A DNA stretch of 64,000 nucleotides, taken from contig DASTCG010000026.1 of assembly GCA_035711385.1 (NCBI GenBank), positions 2,133 to 66,132 on the forward strand. The letters run 5' to 3'. A program made the position numbers and the translations under genes. Every line of letters starts with the position of its first letter. Position 1 is the first letter of the stretch. The DNA comes from Gaiellaceae bacterium. GTDB taxonomy: Bacteria > Actinomycetota > Thermoleophilia > Gaiellales > Gaiellaceae. The notes beneath the pieces are model-generated. The model saw only the letters and a program-made list of their open reading frames with translations. It did no database searches and was not told the DNA's origin. This document shows, piece by piece, positions 61,524-64,000 of this stretch.

Positions 61524-62379
61524 CCCGACTCCTCTCGCCGGCTGCGAGGTAGTCCTGCGCGACACTGCGGGCGAGATCCCGGACGCGGGCGATGTACGAC
61601 GCCCGCTCGGTCACGGAGATCGCCCCACGGGCATCCAGGAGGTTGAACACGTGAGACGCCTTCAGCGCTTGGTCGTAGGCCGGCAACGGCAGTCCTCGCT
61701 CGAGCAGGCGCCTGCACTCCGACTCCCGGTCGGTGAACTCCCGCATCAACAGGTCGACCCGGGCCTCGTCGAAGTTGTAGATCGACCACTGGCGCTCGCT
61801 CTCGCGGAAGACGTCGCCCCAGCTGACGCCGGGCGCCCACTCCAGCTCCCAGGCGCTCCCCTTGTCCTGGAGGAACATCGCCAGGCGCTCCAGGCCGTAG
61901 GTGATCTCGCCCGAGACGACCTCGACGTCCAGCCCGCCCAGCTGCTGGAAGTACGTGAACTGGGTCACCTCCATCCCGTCGACCCAGACCTCCCAGCCGA
62001 GCCCCCAGGCGCCGAGCGTCGGCCCCTCCCAGTCGTCCTCCACGAGCCGGACGTCGTGCCGCTGCGTGTCGATCCCGATCGCCTCGAGCGAGCCGAAGTA
62101 CTGGTCGAGGATCTCCTCGGGCGCAGGCTTGAGGATCACCTGGAGCTGGTAGTAGTGCTGGAAGCGGTACGGGTTCTCGCCGTACCGTCCGTCGGTCGGC
62201 CGGATGCACGGCTCGACGTAGACCGTGCGCCAGGGCTCGGGACCGAGACAGCGCAGGAAGGTCGCCGGGTTGAAGGTGCCCGCGCCGAGCTCGGTGTGGT
62301 ACGGCTGCATCACCACGCAGTCCCGCTCGGCCCAGTAGACCTGGAGCGCCTGGATCATCTCCTGGTAGTTCAGCGCCAT
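61504..62379 (-). CDS. glyQ: glycine--tRNA ligase alpha subunit
   Basis: Highly conserved GlyQ sequence ([22 protein letters not shown]...[14 protein letters not shown]). Confidence 0.95.
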   Translation of the reverse strand: MALNYQEMIQALQVYWAERDCVVMQPYHTELGAGTFNPATFLRCLGPEPWRTVYVEPCIRPTDGRYGENPYRFQHYYQLQVILKPAPEEILDQYFGSLEAIGIDTQRHDVRLVEDDWEGPTLGAWGLGWEVWVDGMEVTQFTYFQQLGGLDVEVVSGEITYGLERLAMFLQDKGSAWELEWAPGVSWGDVFRESERQWSIYNFDEARVDLLMREFTDRESECRRLLERGLPLPAYDQALKASHVFNLLDARGAISVTERASYIARVRDLARSVAQDYLAAGERSRDAAAVA

Positions 62380-62392
62380 GGGTCGCGCAATC

Positions 62393-63826
62393 CTACGGGC
62401 GGGCCTGGACCGTCTCCGGCTCGCGTGCCGACTCGCGGCTGCCCCACGGCGTGATCAGGGTCGCCACGACGGCGCCGACGGTGGCCGCGACGGCGCTGAT
62501 CCAGAACGCGGTCGTGAACGCGGACTCTTCCGGGATGCCGAGGCCGCCGATCGTCTCCGCCGTCAGGATCGCCGCGCCGACCTGGCCGCCGATCACGCCG
62601 CCGATCGTCCGCATGACCGTGTTCATCCCCGTCGCGACACCGGTCTCGGTCGGCCGGACGCTGCTGACGATGACGTTCGCCATCGCCGCGAAGGTCATCG
62701 GGATCCCGAGGCCGAAGACGACCATGGCGGCGACCACTTGCCACGGATGGTCGTGCCGGAGCGCGAGCATCGTCAGCGCCACGGCTGCGAGCGCGAGGCC
62801 GATGCAGAGCGGCCATTTCGAGCCCCACCGCCGGCCCATGATCCCGGCGAGCGGCCCCATGAGGAAGCCGGCGACGGCCGCCGGGAGGAGGTAGAGCCCG
62901 GTGGTCGTGGCGCTCGCGCCGAAGCCGTAGCCCGCCACCCGCTCCTGGATCTGGACGAAGTTCGGAACGAGGACGAAGGATCCGAACATCGCGAAGCCCG
63001 CGATCAAGCCCGTGAGGTTCGCGAAGAAGACGGGTCGGCGCGCGAGCATGCGCATGTCCACCATCGGATCGGGCACCCGCGTCTCGACGTACCCCCAGGA
63101 GACGAGCGCGACGGCGGCGACAGTGAAGAGGCCGACGATGCGGGCGGAGCCCCAGCCCCAGTTCTCACCCTCCGTCAGCGCGAGGAGCAGGGCGACGAGA
63201 CCGATCGAGAGCAGCGTCGCGCCGGCGACATCGACCCGGGACGGAGACTTGATCGGCGACTCGGGGACGAAGAAGTGCACGAGCACAGCCGCGATCCCGA
63301 CGGCGACGGCGCCGACCACGAAGAGCCAGTGCCACGACAGCGAGTCCATGATCACGCCGGAGAGAACGAGCCCCAAGCCCCCGCCGACCGCGAAGACGGC
63401 CGAGACCGACCCAACCGCGACGCCGACCTTCTCGGCGGGGAACTCGTCCTTGATGATCGCGAAGCTGAGCGGGAAGACCGCGGCGCCCGCGCCCTGCAGC
63501 ACCCGGCAGCCGATCAGCACGGCGATGCTCGGCGCGAAGATGGCCAGGACGCTGCCCATGAAGAAGATGAGCAGGCTGATGAGCAGCACCCGCTCCTTCC
63601 CGTACTGGTCGCCGAGCCGGCCGAGTAGGGGCGTCGCGACCGACGCGGACAGCAGGAAGCCGGTCAGGAGCCAGGTCGCCCAGGCCGTCGTCGTGTCGAA
63701 CTCGCGTTGAAGGGCCGGCAGGGCGGGCACGACCATCGTCTGCTGCAGCGCGATCGAGATGCCCGCCAGGATCAGGATCGCGAGCGTGAAGTTGTAGCTC
63801 TGCCGCTCGACCGCCGGATGCGTCAT
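62393..63826 (-). CDS. MFS transporter, DHA2/EmrB-like (14 TM)
   Basis: 477 aa. Motif A-like [13 protein letters not shown] and 14 hydrophobic segments. Confidence 0.85.
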   Translation of the reverse strand: MTHPAVERQSYNFTLAILILAGISIALQQTMVVPALPALQREFDTTTAWATWLLTGFLLSASVATPLLGRLGDQYGKERVLLISLLIFFMGSVLAIFAPSIAVLIGCRVLQGAGAAVFPLSFAIIKDEFPAEKVGVAVGSVSAVFAVGGGLGLVLSGVIMDSLSWHWLFVVGAVAVGIAAVLVHFFVPESPIKSPSRVDVAGATLLSIGLVALLLALTEGENWGWGSARIVGLFTVAAVALVSWGYVETRVPDPMVDMRMLARRPVFFANLTGLIAGFAMFGSFVLVPNFVQIQERVAGYGFGASATTTGLYLLPAAVAGFLMGPLAGIMGRRWGSKWPLCIGLALAAVALTMLALRHDHPWQVVAAMVVFGLGIPMTFAAMANVIVSSVRPTETGVATGMNTVMRTIGGVIGGQVGAAILTAETIGGLGIPEESAFTTAFWISAVAATVGAVVATLITPWGSRESAREPETVQARP

Positions 63827-64000
63827 GAAGCCCGCCTGGGCCGCTCCATCACCCGGTCGGACGGCGGGCCGAACCCGAACTTCTCGTACAGCCTGTGGGC
63901 GTCGGCCGTGTGGAGGATCCAGCGCGAGCTCGCGTACGGCCCGTTCTCGATCATCTCCCGGACGAGCTCGACGCCGAGGCCACGGCCGCGATACTGGGGC
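63822..64000 (-). CDS. GNAT-family acetyltransferase, C-terminal fragment (5' end outside window)
   Basis: Reads ...YRGRGLGVELVREMIENG...HTADAHRLYEKFGFGP... to the stop at 63822. ATGA overlap with the MFS start. Confidence 0.7.

Overview
Very GC-rich (by eye about 70%), densely packed chromosomal segment of actinobacterial type. The gene content (two-subunit glyQS, ppdK with its regulator, SepF/DivIVA, GarA-like FHA protein, imuB/dnaE2) suggests a deep-branching Actinomycetota lineage; this is inference only. Most of the window is core housekeeping. (1) A long minus-strand run rpsB-tsf-pyrH-frr-uppS-cdsA-dxr-rseP-ispG-proS (24.8 kb down to 15.2 kb). (2) A division/envelope cluster rluD-lspA-dksA-like-DUF167-divIVA-yggT-[helD]-sepF-yggS-pgeF plus a DHH-CBS-CCA fusion (24.9-34.5 kb). 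(3) A pgsA / nucleotidyltransferase-PMM-like / RsiG-like / FHA / MerR / apt cluster (1-6 kb). (4) murA, ppdK, glyQS, htrA. No CRISPR array, rRNA, transposase or integrase is visible. One tRNA-Pro(GGG) is present. The features most worth follow-up are listed here. (a) Two tandem promoter-to-terminator copies of a ~155-nt structured RNA of unassigned class at the left edge, just upstream of a 2-TM mini-protein. (b) An atypical SOS mutasome: imuB has two LexA-type boxes embedded in its promoter, no imuA is present, a small DUF6504-like ORF follows, and dnaE2 sits 2.2 kb away behind unrelated genes. (c) Two essential-type genes (yggS, rluD) whose conserved N-terminal residues lie upstream of any ATG/GTG/TTG. 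(d) A 157-nt intergenic repeat present twice. (e) Several enzyme-like domains with eroded catalytic motifs (PMM-like domain, HisB-like protein, QExxH metzincin-like protein). (f) Two frameshifted gene remnants. The many long Arg/Pro/Gly-rich ORFs antisense to or extending real genes are GC artefacts and are not called.
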